In this document: piece after piece, positions 27,776-36,765 of the stretch | How positions within the stretch are numbered: the stretch's first letter is position 1 | How the letters are laid out: the number at the start of each line of letters is the position of its first letter | DNA from: an uncultured Candidatus Binatia bacterium | Lineage (GTDB): Bacteria > Desulfobacterota > Binatia > Bin18 | Reading direction: 5' to 3' | Assembly (NCBI GenBank): GCA_965214605.1 | Contig: OZ243961.1 | Location: forward strand, 2,784,001-2,848,000 | DNA length: 64,000 nt | The notes under the pieces: model-generated | What the model saw: only the letters and a program-made list of their open reading frames with translations | What the model was told of the DNA's origin: nothing | Databases searched by the model: none | Made by a program: the position numbers and the translations under genes

Positions 27776-28900
27776 ATGCCGAAACGTGTGGTCGTTATTC
27801 CCGGTGATGACGCCGCCCCAGAGGCGATGGCACCAACGCTTGATATCCTAAAAAGTCTGGCCCTGGACATAGAGTTTACTGAATTTCCAAGTGGGCAAGA
27901 AGGAGTCGAACAGTACGGGTCGCGAAGAGACTTTCACCAGGCCTTATGCAAAGCGATTGATCAATCCGACACAACCCTGTTTGGCTCAACAAACGGCACG
28001 ACCGGTGGGATTAGCTATCTGCGCTGGGGTAAGCAGACCTATGCCAACGTGCGCCCGACCCGTTGGCTGCCCGGTTTCCGGAGCCCGTTGAAACAGCCCG
28101 AGGGCATAGACCTGGTCATTGTGCGTGAAAACCTCGAAGACCTGTATATGGGGATTGAGGGCGACCTTGGAGTACTGTCAGCTCTGCCTGAGACGAGTGT
28201 GACGAGCTATTTGACGAAAAAACCTTTGGATACGACGCTCACCGGTAAATTCGCCATCAAGGTAATCACCGTCCAAGCGACCCAACGGGTCGTCCGCTTT
28301 GCGTGTGAGCTGGCCCGCAAGCGTAAGGTTCGTGGCGGTCGTGGCCTGGTCACCTGTACGAGCAAGTATAATATGCTGCGTACCAGCGACGGCTTATTTC
28401 GACAGGTTGCTGAAGAGACAGTCAGAGAATACCCCGATATTGAGTATAACCAGTACATTGTCGATGACTTTGCCCACCGTCTAGTGATAGACCCAGGTCA
28501 ATTTGATGTGGTGGTGATGCCGAATCTGTACGGGGACTTGCTCTCAGACGCGGCTTCCGGAACGATTGGCGGTCTTGGTTTAGCACCCAGCGGCTGTTAC
28601 GGTCAGGACTACGCCTATTTTGAGTCCGCCCATGGCACGGCCCCAGATATTGCTGGCCGCAATATTATTAATCCGACGGCAACCTTACTGTCGGCCGCGC
28701 TGATGATGGAATATCTCGGCTGGCAGGACGCGGCGACCTCTCTTGAGGCGGCTCTCGCCCGCGTCTATGCCGAGGGCACGGTTCTCACTCCCGATCAGGG
28801 TGGCTCGTCCTCGACCACCGACTTCTGTCGTGCGGTCAAAGACTATGTTCTTGATCGCGCGAGACACCTCAACGGGGCGTCTCGCGAAAAACACCGGTGA
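27776..28900 (+). CDS. Isocitrate/isopropylmalate (beta-decarboxylating) dehydrogenase family protein
   Basis: VIPGDD, YANVRP, IVRENLEDLY, PNLYGDLLSD, FESAHGTAPDIAG, TPDQGG. ATG 27776 follows AAGGAGG. Confidence 0.88.
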   Translation: MPKRVVVIPGDDAAPEAMAPTLDILKSLALDIEFTEFPSGQEGVEQYGSRRDFHQALCKAIDQSDTTLFGSTNGTTGGISYLRWGKQTYANVRPTRWLPGFRSPLKQPEGIDLVIVRENLEDLYMGIEGDLGVLSALPETSVTSYLTKKPLDTTLTGKFAIKVITVQATQRVVRFACELARKRKVRGGRGLVTCTSKYNMLRTSDGLFRQVAEETVREYPDIEYNQYIVDDFAHRLVIDPGQFDVVVMPNLYGDLLSDAASGTIGGLGLAPSGCYGQDYAYFESAHGTAPDIAGRNIINPTATLLSAALMMEYLGWQDAATSLEAALARVYAEGTVLTPDQGGSSSTTDFCRAVKDYVLDRARHLNGASREKHR

Positions 28901-28991
28901 GAGTCTACTGAGAGTCTACGGTTTCACAAGCGGTCCCCCCGTCAAAGAGGTCTGAGGGTAGGAACGGCGCAGAGAGACGAGGCGTCACCCT

Positions 28992-29153
28992 CTACTGTAC
29001 GCTGTTGAGTTTGCTGCGGCCTCGTTTGATGACAATAACGTCTTGCCCGTTTACGCGTAGGGTACGACGGTCGGCAGAGGCTTGGGACGACGCTTTGCGG
29101 GCGCGGTCTTCACGCCATTTTTTCAGCTGCTTTTCTAGGTTTTTCTGACTCAC
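28992..29153 (-). CDS. Small basic hypothetical protein (53 aa), below the ORF-track size cut-off
   Basis: GAGAGGAGG RBS then GTG; translates as MSQKNLEKQLKKWREDRARKASSQASADRRTLRVNGQDVIVIKRGRSKLNSVQ*; starts 32 nt after the rpoD stop. Confidence 0.65.
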   Translation of the reverse strand: MSQKNLEKQLKKWREDRARKASSQASADRRTLRVNGQDVIVIKRGRSKLNSVQ

Positions 29154-29185
29154 ATATCCTCCTCTCAACTGTTCTCGTGTCAGGC

Positions 29186-30940
29186 TTAGCTGTCGATAAA
29201 TGCCTCGAGGCTTTTCGCCCGGGTCGGATTGCGTAATTTCCGCAGCGCCTTGGCCTCAATCTGACGGATGCGTTCGCGGGTGACGGCGAAGCGTTGGCCG
29301 ACTTCTTCTAGCGTATAATCGGTTCTTTCGTCGATACCGAAGCGCATGCGCAGAATCTGCTCTTCACGGGGGGTGAGCGTGGCGAGCACTTTGCGGGTTT
29401 GCTCTTCGAGACTCAGCGCCATTGCGGCATCGGCCGGAGATAAGGTTTGGCGATCCTCGACGAAATCGCCCAGCGAGCTCTCTTCGTCATCGCCGATCGG
29501 GGTTTCTAGGGACACGGGTTCTTTGACAATCTTGAGGACCTTCCGGACCCTGTCGGCTGGCACTTCCATCTGGGCGGCGATCTCCTCGGGGGAGGGTTCG
29601 CGCCCGAGCTGTTGGACAAGATAACGCGAGGTGCGGAGCACTTTGTTGATCGTTTCGATCATATGGACGGGAATGCGGATCGTTCGGGCTTGGTCGGCAA
29701 TCGCGCGACTGACCGACTGGCGAATCCACCACGTGGCATAGGTCGAGAATTTGTATCCACGTTGATACTCGAATTTTTCCACCGCTCGCATCAGGCCAAT
29801 ATTCCCTTCTTGGATGAGGTCCAAGAAGCCGAGACCACGGTTGACGTAGCGTTTTGCAATACTGACAACGAGACGGAGATTGGCCTCAATTAAACATCGT
29901 TTGCCTTCTTTGGCCTGGGCTTCGCCGCGAGTGATGCTTGACAGCGAGCTGAGCAAGTCCTCGGTGTTAATACCTAGACGGGCTTCAATTTTTTGGAGGT
30001 CCCGGCGCCTGGCGCAGATCTCCTTATCGGCTTTTTGGATTTTCTGGATCTGGGTTTTGCTCAGCTGCCCGGACCGTCCGCCGCCCACCCGCTGCGCCCC
30101 GGATCTCAGCCCCCGGGCCAGAGCAACGATCTCGGAGGCTTTGCGATGGACAATTTCTTCCTGAAAACGGATCGCCCGCTGGCACTCTTTTATTTGATCG
30201 CCCACCTCTTTGAAAGCGTTGACAAGGCGATTAATCTGGTCTTGACCAAGGGAAACGCCTTCTAGGACGAGCCGTGTTTTTGCTTTTATATCAAGCGCTT
30301 TTTGGATCGTCCTTTGCCGTTCTTGGGCGGACAGACGCCCACGCTTGTGCTCAAGCTTCTCTAGTTCCCCGGCGATCCGTCTCAGAGACCGCATCTTGCC
30401 GAGAAACAGCTCAGTCCGGTGGTCTTCTCTGTCGGGTGCCTCGCCGTCGTCGTCGTCGCCAAAGATAAAGCGGGGCTCGATTTCTTCTTGTTTGAGCTTA
30501 TCGCCTAAGGAAAGGACGTAGCGCAGGGCTAGGGGCGACGAAAAAACTTCCTGTTTGATGCGTTTTTCGCCGGCCTCAATTTCTTTGGCAATCGTCACCT
30601 CTTCTTCACGGCTCAACAGTGGGATATTCCCCATCTCCTGGAGATACATGCGAACCGGGTCGGAGGTGTCTGTGATTTGTGGCTCTTCGACTGTAACCGT
30701 CTCTTCCTCCCAATCGCCCTCTCCACGTTTGGGAATATCGATGCTGATATTATTCTCGTCGTCGAGCACGGTGGGCGCTTCAACGTCTATTTCCTCGAGA
30801 ATGGACATCACGCTGTCAATGTCTTCTGCTGGTGCGGCTTTTGAAGCAGCAAGGACAGATTTGTCTGTCGAGGGGCGCGCGATTTTTTCGTTTGAGGCGG
30901 GAGGCGGCTTTTTCCTGTTGGTTTCTTTGCGTTTTTCCAT
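29186..30940 (-). CDS. rpoD: RpoD-type (group 1-like) sigma-70 factor
   Basis: [68 protein letters not shown]. Start ATG 30940 after GAGGAGG. Confidence 0.9.
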   Translation of the reverse strand: MEKRKETNRKKPPPASNEKIARPSTDKSVLAASKAAPAEDIDSVMSILEEIDVEAPTVLDDENNISIDIPKRGEGDWEEETVTVEEPQITDTSDPVRMYLQEMGNIPLLSREEEVTIAKEIEAGEKRIKQEVFSSPLALRYVLSLGDKLKQEEIEPRFIFGDDDDGEAPDREDHRTELFLGKMRSLRRIAGELEKLEHKRGRLSAQERQRTIQKALDIKAKTRLVLEGVSLGQDQINRLVNAFKEVGDQIKECQRAIRFQEEIVHRKASEIVALARGLRSGAQRVGGGRSGQLSKTQIQKIQKADKEICARRRDLQKIEARLGINTEDLLSSLSSITRGEAQAKEGKRCLIEANLRLVVSIAKRYVNRGLGFLDLIQEGNIGLMRAVEKFEYQRGYKFSTYATWWIRQSVSRAIADQARTIRIPVHMIETINKVLRTSRYLVQQLGREPSPEEIAAQMEVPADRVRKVLKIVKEPVSLETPIGDDEESSLGDFVEDRQTLSPADAAMALSLEEQTRKVLATLTPREEQILRMRFGIDERTDYTLEEVGQRFAVTRERIRQIEAKALRKLRNPTRAKSLEAFIDS

Positions 30941-31143
30941 AGGATCCCGATACCTCCTCTGTATGTGAACTGGTGTGTGTGAACTGACGGCACAGTTCAA
31001 GCGAAGGGCTCCGATGTGAGTCCGGGTGAAGACGGGGGAACAGAACGTCCCCCTGGAATATTTTTGCCTAAGCTGTACAAATTTGTTTAGGAAGGCTGCC
31101 CAGCCAGGCTCTACATCCTAAGTCTGAGGCGTAAAGTTTACCT

Positions 31144-31173
31144 ATCCTATAGAATGCCTAGCCAAGAAGTCAA
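31144..31173 (-). promoter_or_regulatory. Candidate sigma70 promoter of rpoD
   Basis: TTGACT-N18-TAGGAT on the minus strand, about 200 nt upstream of the start. Confidence 0.4.
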
Positions 31174-31246
31174 GAGAGAAATCAAGACACCGGTCAACAT
31201 AACAATCCTTACAATCCTTGGTCCAGCATGATGAGGAGAACTCGAC

Positions 31247-32068
31247 TTATGGCCGTGGGATCATGCCGACGGTTCGGGCCGCCCCAATAGCGGTGGCATA
31301 CTCAGCATGGGGAGGGATATTCAAGTCCACCCCACGCCGTGGGGTCAGGGCTGCTATCCGTTTTTTGAACGCCTCTAAGCGGACCAGTTTTCCGGTAAAC
31401 ACGATGTGTTTATGGTGATGGGTCTGCGCCGCGAACATGCTCAGGGTAAAGGTAATCCAGGCGACCATATTGATTAGGCCCAGCGCCTTGTCGGCTTGAG
31501 TCGGATCGGTCCGGAGTTTCCCAAAGTGGCTGGCGACGGCTTTGGCCGGGACAATACCGACCGGTCCACCTGCAATGTCACCGACGGTCAGATCAACCTC
31601 TGACAAATCTCCCTGGGCGGCCAGCTCCTCAAGCGTATCCAGCTGGGTGATCCCGAGAAAATGGCGTGCCAGACCGCGCAGCGTGCCTCCCCCAATGCCG
31701 GTGCCGCCCAGGTGCCGGATCTGGTCCTTGCGAACAGAGACCAGAGCGGTGCCGGTGCCAAGGGAAACGACCAGAGCGTCCGACTTTCCTGCCAAGCTGC
31801 TTCCGCCCACCCCAATCGCGGTGATTTCTGGAACCTTCACTATCGGCACCCCAAAGATCTCGTCCGCCAACTGGTGGCTCCCCCCGCCGCTGGCGGCAAT
31901 TGCCTGGATGTCGGACAGGGTCCGCCCGGCGCTATGCAACAGCTTGCTTAAAGCCCCGGCCGCCGCTGCCAGTGGGTCGTTGGTTTCTATCGTTTGAACT
32001 CGGACCGTTTTTTCGTCCAGCACAATGGCATCAGTCGTTGAACCGCCGATGTCAATTCCAACAATCAT
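31247..32068 (-). CDS. coaW: Type II (Fumble/CoaW-like) pantothenate kinase
   Basis: GIDIGGSTTD, VSLGTGT, GGTGIGGGTLRGL, VDLTVGDI, ASHFGK, AIGA. Confidence 0.8.
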   Translation of the reverse strand: MIVGIDIGGSTTDAIVLDEKTVRVQTIETNDPLAAAAGALSKLLHSAGRTLSDIQAIAASGGGSHQLADEIFGVPIVKVPEITAIGVGGSSLAGKSDALVVSLGTGTALVSVRKDQIRHLGGTGIGGGTLRGLARHFLGITQLDTLEELAAQGDLSEVDLTVGDIAGGPVGIVPAKAVASHFGKLRTDPTQADKALGLINMVAWITFTLSMFAAQTHHHKHIVFTGKLVRLEAFKKRIAALTPRRGVDLNIPPHAEYATAIGAARTVGMIPRP

Positions 32069-32079
32069 GAACTCACCGT

Positions 32080-33279
32080 CTATGGGAGGTCTATCCGATA
32101 CACGAAGAGGGCATTTTTCCTGACCGGATCATACTGCCTCCATTTTTCGGCCGGAACCTGTTCAGCCGCAACCCGCCGGAACCCACAGCGTTCGAACAAA
32201 CGCCGGGCCCCGGCCTGAGAGGTACAGGCAAACACATACCCCACAGTGGCCGCCTGGGCCTGCTCTATCATCGTCCCGACCAAACGGCTACCAATGCCCT
32301 CGCCCTGAAAACGGGTAATCGTATAGAGCCCCGCGATTTCTGCGGCGTGCTCCTTGGGATAGGGAAGCAGAGCGCACACCCCGGCCAGCTCTCCTCCCAC
32401 CACCCCGAGGCGGGCCCCATGTCCGTGTAACAGCACCTGACTCGTTTCTTGGCGGCTGCGAGGTTTGAGGTAGCCCTCGCGTTCGCCACGCTCGATCAGC
32501 CGCTCGGCTTCATAAAAGTCGTCGAGTCCCAGCGGCTCCACCCGGCAGTAATCGGTCAGGGTAAAGAGCGTACCCTGCCCTTCATAGGTGAACAATTCCC
32601 GTGCAACATCGCCGGGCCGACACAGCGAAACTGAGGCAACCCCACCCTCTAGGGCGGCCCGGACCGAGCGTAACAGCGGACGCTGAACGCCTAGCTGTGT
32701 CCCCCCTGCCGTCTGGGGTTGGTCTAGGAGGTTGTTTAACACGGTTCCATTCATAAAAGACACACGATTTCCTCCAGCCCTGAGCCCGCCGTCCGGGTTA
32801 AGGATGACGAGCTTGTGGACCCTGAGACGAACGGCTAAACGTTGGGCGGGGAATTGGTCATCCAAGGTGAGCGATGCTCTCTTCTCAGTGAGGGGGTCAT
32901 CACTGCTCACCTTAACGCGAGGTGTCACAGTCTGCCTCTGAGGGGTCGGCCGCCACAGGCCGACAAAGACTGGCGTTGTTCTGAGAACTGTCCACATGTG
33001 TTCCAGGATACTATTTTCCTCGGCTCCGGTCGGCAGCGCAATGAACTGGGCGGCCATGACGGGGCGCAACAGTTCCAGGCAGCGTTGGTCCGAGTTGTCC
33101 GTTTCGACGAGAACGATCAGGCGCGTTTCATTGCGCGTCAACTGCTGGCAGACCTCGGCTACCGTCTTAACTGCTGCCGCCTCTCTCAAGTCGTTGGCCC
33201 GTAGGCTGAAAAAGAGACTCTTGCCGCGGAATTCTTTCAGGTAAAATTCTTGTTCGATAAACGAAAAGGTGTGGCTCAT
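32080..33279 (-). CDS. argA: ArgA-like amino-acid N-acetyltransferase (degenerate kinase domain plus GNAT)
   Basis: YLKEFRGKS, ELFTYEGQGTL, YLKPRS, AEIAGLY...FQGEGIGSRL. Confidence 0.65.
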   Translation of the reverse strand: MSHTFSFIEQEFYLKEFRGKSLFFSLRANDLREAAAVKTVAEVCQQLTRNETRLIVLVETDNSDQRCLELLRPVMAAQFIALPTGAEENSILEHMWTVLRTTPVFVGLWRPTPQRQTVTPRVKVSSDDPLTEKRASLTLDDQFPAQRLAVRLRVHKLVILNPDGGLRAGGNRVSFMNGTVLNNLLDQPQTAGGTQLGVQRPLLRSVRAALEGGVASVSLCRPGDVARELFTYEGQGTLFTLTDYCRVEPLGLDDFYEAERLIERGEREGYLKPRSRQETSQVLLHGHGARLGVVGGELAGVCALLPYPKEHAAEIAGLYTITRFQGEGIGSRLVGTMIEQAQAATVGYVFACTSQAGARRLFERCGFRRVAAEQVPAEKWRQYDPVRKNALFVYRIDLP

Positions 33280-36200
33280 CCAACTGGCTCATCTTTGAGA
33301 AGGGAAACGCGGCTCTCCTGTTGTTGACGCCTTTGTGAGGCGTGGGCAAGCAGGGCCTCGACGTCCGTCCGGGCACGCTCATCCCAGGCAAAGTGCACGT
33401 CTTTGGCCGAATGGGCAAACAGCACGACCAAGTCCTTTACCGGATAGGGGGTCAGTTGCTCAAGGGCAAGGGCATACACGTATAACCCAGACCGATAGCG
33501 GGTGGCCTGAACTCTGGCCTGCCCGTCAGTCAGAGCGTCCGTCTTCAGGTCAATAATGACCCAGGCCTTGTTTTCAAGAAAGGCGAGGTCAATGACGCCG
33601 TTCAGGACCAGGTCCGTGTGGGGCGGCGCTTGATAGTGCAGACTGAAGGGCAGGTCGGCAAAACATTCCTGAGCGGCGCAGGCGCTGCTCAGCAGCGGGC
33701 TAGTCAGGACGTTGTGGACGAAGCGTTGTAGGGAGGTACCGTTGCTGACCTCATCACTTGGGCTGTGGCTCGTCTTGGCACTTCGCTTCAGCGCCATACG
33801 CACGGCGCGACCGAGCTGGTGTTCTGGCCCTGGCGAGCGGTGGGTGAGCCCCGTTGGCCTCTCCCGAGTGTGGGCAGAGTCTTGGGCGTCCTGAACGAGA
33901 GACCCGACACGTAAGGTGAGCGGTGATGTCATCTTGATCAGGTGGTCCTTATTGCTTCCCTGAGACACGGTCCGGGGCTGTCTGCCCTGTTCTCTGAGCG
34001 CCTGCTGATCGGCCTGCCAGGTTTGGTAGCGTTCAAGCGCGGGCTGAGTGGGCGGGATGGGGGGGAGTGTCTCTTCTCCGATGAGCGCTGGAGGGTCCGT
34101 GGTGTGTAGAGGGGAGAGATCTTGAGCCGGGCTGAACGGGGTGGCGTCGGCGAGCTGGCTATTGAACCATAGGCTTTGGCCGCTGGTGCTTTCTAACTCG
34201 GGCAGCAGGGGCACGATGAGCCGGTCACACGCCCGTGTTGCGGCGACATACCACAGGCGTCGCTCCTCGGCCTCCTCACGGCTGCCCTCACGGGCTTGGG
34301 CTTCCTGCCAGCCGAGTGTCTGCCAGGCCAAGAGCTGTGGACCGAGCCGCAGTTCGAGGCGACCCCGGGGCTGGAGAAGGCGATCTCCTTCCGCCTTCTG
34401 AATCGACGACGGCTTTTGGCTGCGTTCGATCAGGCCAGGGCGGCTTGGGCGGCCCGGAGCAAGAATGGCATTGGCAAGAATGACGACCGGAAACTCAAGT
34501 CCTTTGGCCTTGTGAATGGTTAAAAAGCGAACCGCCGGGGCGTGCTCTTCGGCGATCACTGCTTCGCCTTCCTCAGTCGCCCTGTGGTGATGGGCAAGAA
34601 AGCGGTTGAAGGCGCTCAAGCTGCGAACACCTTGGTCGGCTAGGCTCTGGGCAAGCTCAATGAGTTTGAGCAAATTTGCCGTCCGCTGGCTGCCATGGGG
34701 GCGGAGCGCGAATAGGGGCACGAGATGGGTCTGAGTATAGATCTCGTAGAGCAATGTCGATGGGCTGCACTGCCGGGAGCGGGCGTGTAGCTCGCGTAAC
34801 ACCCCAAAAGCCGCGCCAAAGCGGTCCGCGTTCGGCAGCTCGGCCGGAAGGTCGTGGGTATACGTAAAGACGCCCCCAGCCGCAGCAAAGTGCAAGAGCG
34901 TCTCGTCTGAAAAGCCGAACAGGGACGATCGTAAGCTTGCCACTAGGGCGGTCCTATCGGCCGGACTGTTGATGGCGCGTAGTAGCACGCGTAGCTCCTC
35001 AACTTCGTCCCGAGTCATATACTGACGTCCGCCAAGAATCTGATATGGGATAGCGGCACTCCGGAAGGCTTCCGCGTAGGCATCCATGGCTCGATAGGTA
35101 CGGAACAGCACGGCAATGTCACCATAGCCAAACGCCTGGTCTCCCCACCCGAGGTTCTGTTTGAGGAAACTGGCCACAGTTTGGGCCTCTGCCTGGCGCA
35201 GGTCTTCGCGTCCCGGGTGGGATGGAAGGAGGGCGGTGGGAATGGGAACCGAGATAACCGCCTGTGCCTGGATAGCCTGGCGTGTGTCTGTACTGTGTTC
35301 TTCGTGCTCTTCCGGTTCTTCTTGGCGGGTTGGGAGCAGGGGACGATAGCCAGGGGCGTCTTCAGAAGCGTTGGACCGAAACACGCGCGAAAACGTTTCA
35401 TTGATCCAGCGCAGAATTGGCGCTCGGGTCCGGAAATTGCTCGACAGGCCCAGCACGGTTCCCTGGCTCTCGATAGTGGTCCGGACGAGCTGGTAGACGG
35501 CTAAATCGGCCCGTCGAAAACGATAAATGGACTGGTGGGGGTCGCCGACCAGAAAGAGCTTGCCGGGTTTCAGCACGACCTGACTCCAGTCGTGAGCCTG
35601 GGGCGTCTGTTCTGCTAAAAAGAAGACAATTTCGGCCTGCAGGGGATCGGTATCCTGGAATTCATCCACCAGAAGAAAATCGAATTTTTGCTGAAAATAC
35701 CGGCGGACCTCCATATTGGTGGCCAACAGATTTCGGGTGTACAGCAGCAGGTCGGTAAAATCGAGACACGTCCGCTGGCGTTTTGCGTCGTCATACACGG
35801 CCAGATAGCCGCTCAGCCACCGAACAAGCTCAAGCGTGTGGTTATGCACCCAGGCCGCGCGGGCATGGCTATGGACATCACGCAGCTGGGCAAAACACCC
35901 GCGAACCTCGTTCAGGCGGTGGGCCGGTTGCCAGTGTGTTTTGTTGCCGATCCGCTCTGGCAGATCTAGTCGGCTATACAAGAGACGCTCCCACAGCGAG
36001 TCGGTGGCGTGGTCCGGCATTTGCTGGATGAGGTTTGTCACCTGTACAAAAGCCCGGTCGCTCGGCTCGGTGCACGCGGACCGGAGCTGAGACAAACGCC
36101 CGATAGCTTGCCGAAAGCTGTCCCGGAATCGTGCCAGAGGGGAGGCCACCGGCTCGGGAAGAAGAGCCAAACAGTCGCGCTGCTCAACAAGAAAGTCACG

Positions 36201-36746
36201 CAAGGCCCGTAGATGGGCCAGGCTCAGACCGGCCCGCAGGGCTGTCTTCAGGCTCTCTGGGCTCGCCTCCATCTCTCGGGCCAGCCAGTCCCGCCAGGTT
36301 TGATCCTGAGCGACCCGCCTCCCAACCCCGTCCAGGACGCTGAAATTCGGATCGACCCGCGCCTCAAGAGGACGCTCACGGAGTAACAGTGCGCAAAAAG
36401 CGTGCACGGTCAAAATCGGGGCCCGTTCGAGCTGGAGACGAGCCGTGAGGAGATTGTCCCGCTCGTCCTGATTGAGCGGGGTGTTCAGGACACTATCAAT
36501 TTCGGTCCGGAGCCGAATGCGGAGTTCGGTCGCCGCCTTTTCGGTGAAGGTGATAGCGGCTATCCGCTCCAGGTGGCTCCGACCGGTTCGGATCACCGTT
36601 AGCAGGCGCTGGAGCAGCACGCTCGTCTTCCCCGTCCCCGCCCCGGCTTCTACCAGAAAGCTGGTGTCGAGGTCACTCTCCGCCTGCCGGCGCGGCTGGG
36701 CGTCTGTCTTGACGGTTTGCTGGGGCTGTTGATCGCTGTCAACCAT
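33276..36746 (-). CDS. addA: AddA-like UvrD-family helicase/nuclease
   Basis: VEAGAGTGKT, ITFTEKAA, VDEFQDT, VGDPHQSIYRFRRA, TIHKAKGLEF, YVAATRA; C-terminal nuclease GVIDL...IIDLKTD. Confidence 0.85.
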   Translation of the reverse strand: MVDSDQQPQQTVKTDAQPRRQAESDLDTSFLVEAGAGTGKTSVLLQRLLTVIRTGRSHLERIAAITFTEKAATELRIRLRTEIDSVLNTPLNQDERDNLLTARLQLERAPILTVHAFCALLLRERPLEARVDPNFSVLDGVGRRVAQDQTWRDWLAREMEASPESLKTALRAGLSLAHLRALRDFLVEQRDCLALLPEPVASPLARFRDSFRQAIGRLSQLRSACTEPSDRAFVQVTNLIQQMPDHATDSLWERLLYSRLDLPERIGNKTHWQPAHRLNEVRGCFAQLRDVHSHARAAWVHNHTLELVRWLSGYLAVYDDAKRQRTCLDFTDLLLYTRNLLATNMEVRRYFQQKFDFLLVDEFQDTDPLQAEIVFFLAEQTPQAHDWSQVVLKPGKLFLVGDPHQSIYRFRRADLAVYQLVRTTIESQGTVLGLSSNFRTRAPILRWINETFSRVFRSNASEDAPGYRPLLPTRQEEPEEHEEHSTDTRQAIQAQAVISVPIPTALLPSHPGREDLRQAEAQTVASFLKQNLGWGDQAFGYGDIAVLFRTYRAMDAYAEAFRSAAIPYQILGGRQYMTRDEVEELRVLLRAINSPADRTALVASLRSSLFGFSDETLLHFAAAGGVFTYTHDLPAELPNADRFGAAFGVLRELHARSRQCSPSTLLYEIYTQTHLVPLFALRPHGSQRTANLLKLIELAQSLADQGVRSLSAFNRFLAHHHRATEEGEAVIAEEHAPAVRFLTIHKAKGLEFPVVILANAILAPGRPSRPGLIERSQKPSSIQKAEGDRLLQPRGRLELRLGPQLLAWQTLGWQEAQAREGSREEAEERRLWYVAATRACDRLIVPLLPELESTSGQSLWFNSQLADATPFSPAQDLSPLHTTDPPALIGEETLPPIPPTQPALERYQTWQADQQALREQGRQPRTVSQGSNKDHLIKMTSPLTLRVGSLVQDAQDSAHTRERPTGLTHRSPGPEHQLGRAVRMALKRSAKTSHSPSDEVSNGTSLQRFVHNVLTSPLLSSACAAQECFADLPFSLHYQAPPHTDLVLNGVIDLAFLENKAWVIIDLKTDALTDGQARVQATRYRSGLYVYALALEQLTPYPVKDLVVLFAHSAKDVHFAWDERARTDVEALLAHASQRRQQQESRVSLLKDEPVG

Positions 36747-36765
36747 CGACGTGCCTTGTTTCTCC

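Noticed and set aside
28901-31220. Short direct repeats GAGTCTAC x2 (~28901-28919) and ACAATCCTT x2 (~31202-31219)
   Set aside because: Only two units each with no spacer structure; not CRISPR and too short to call a repeat family.
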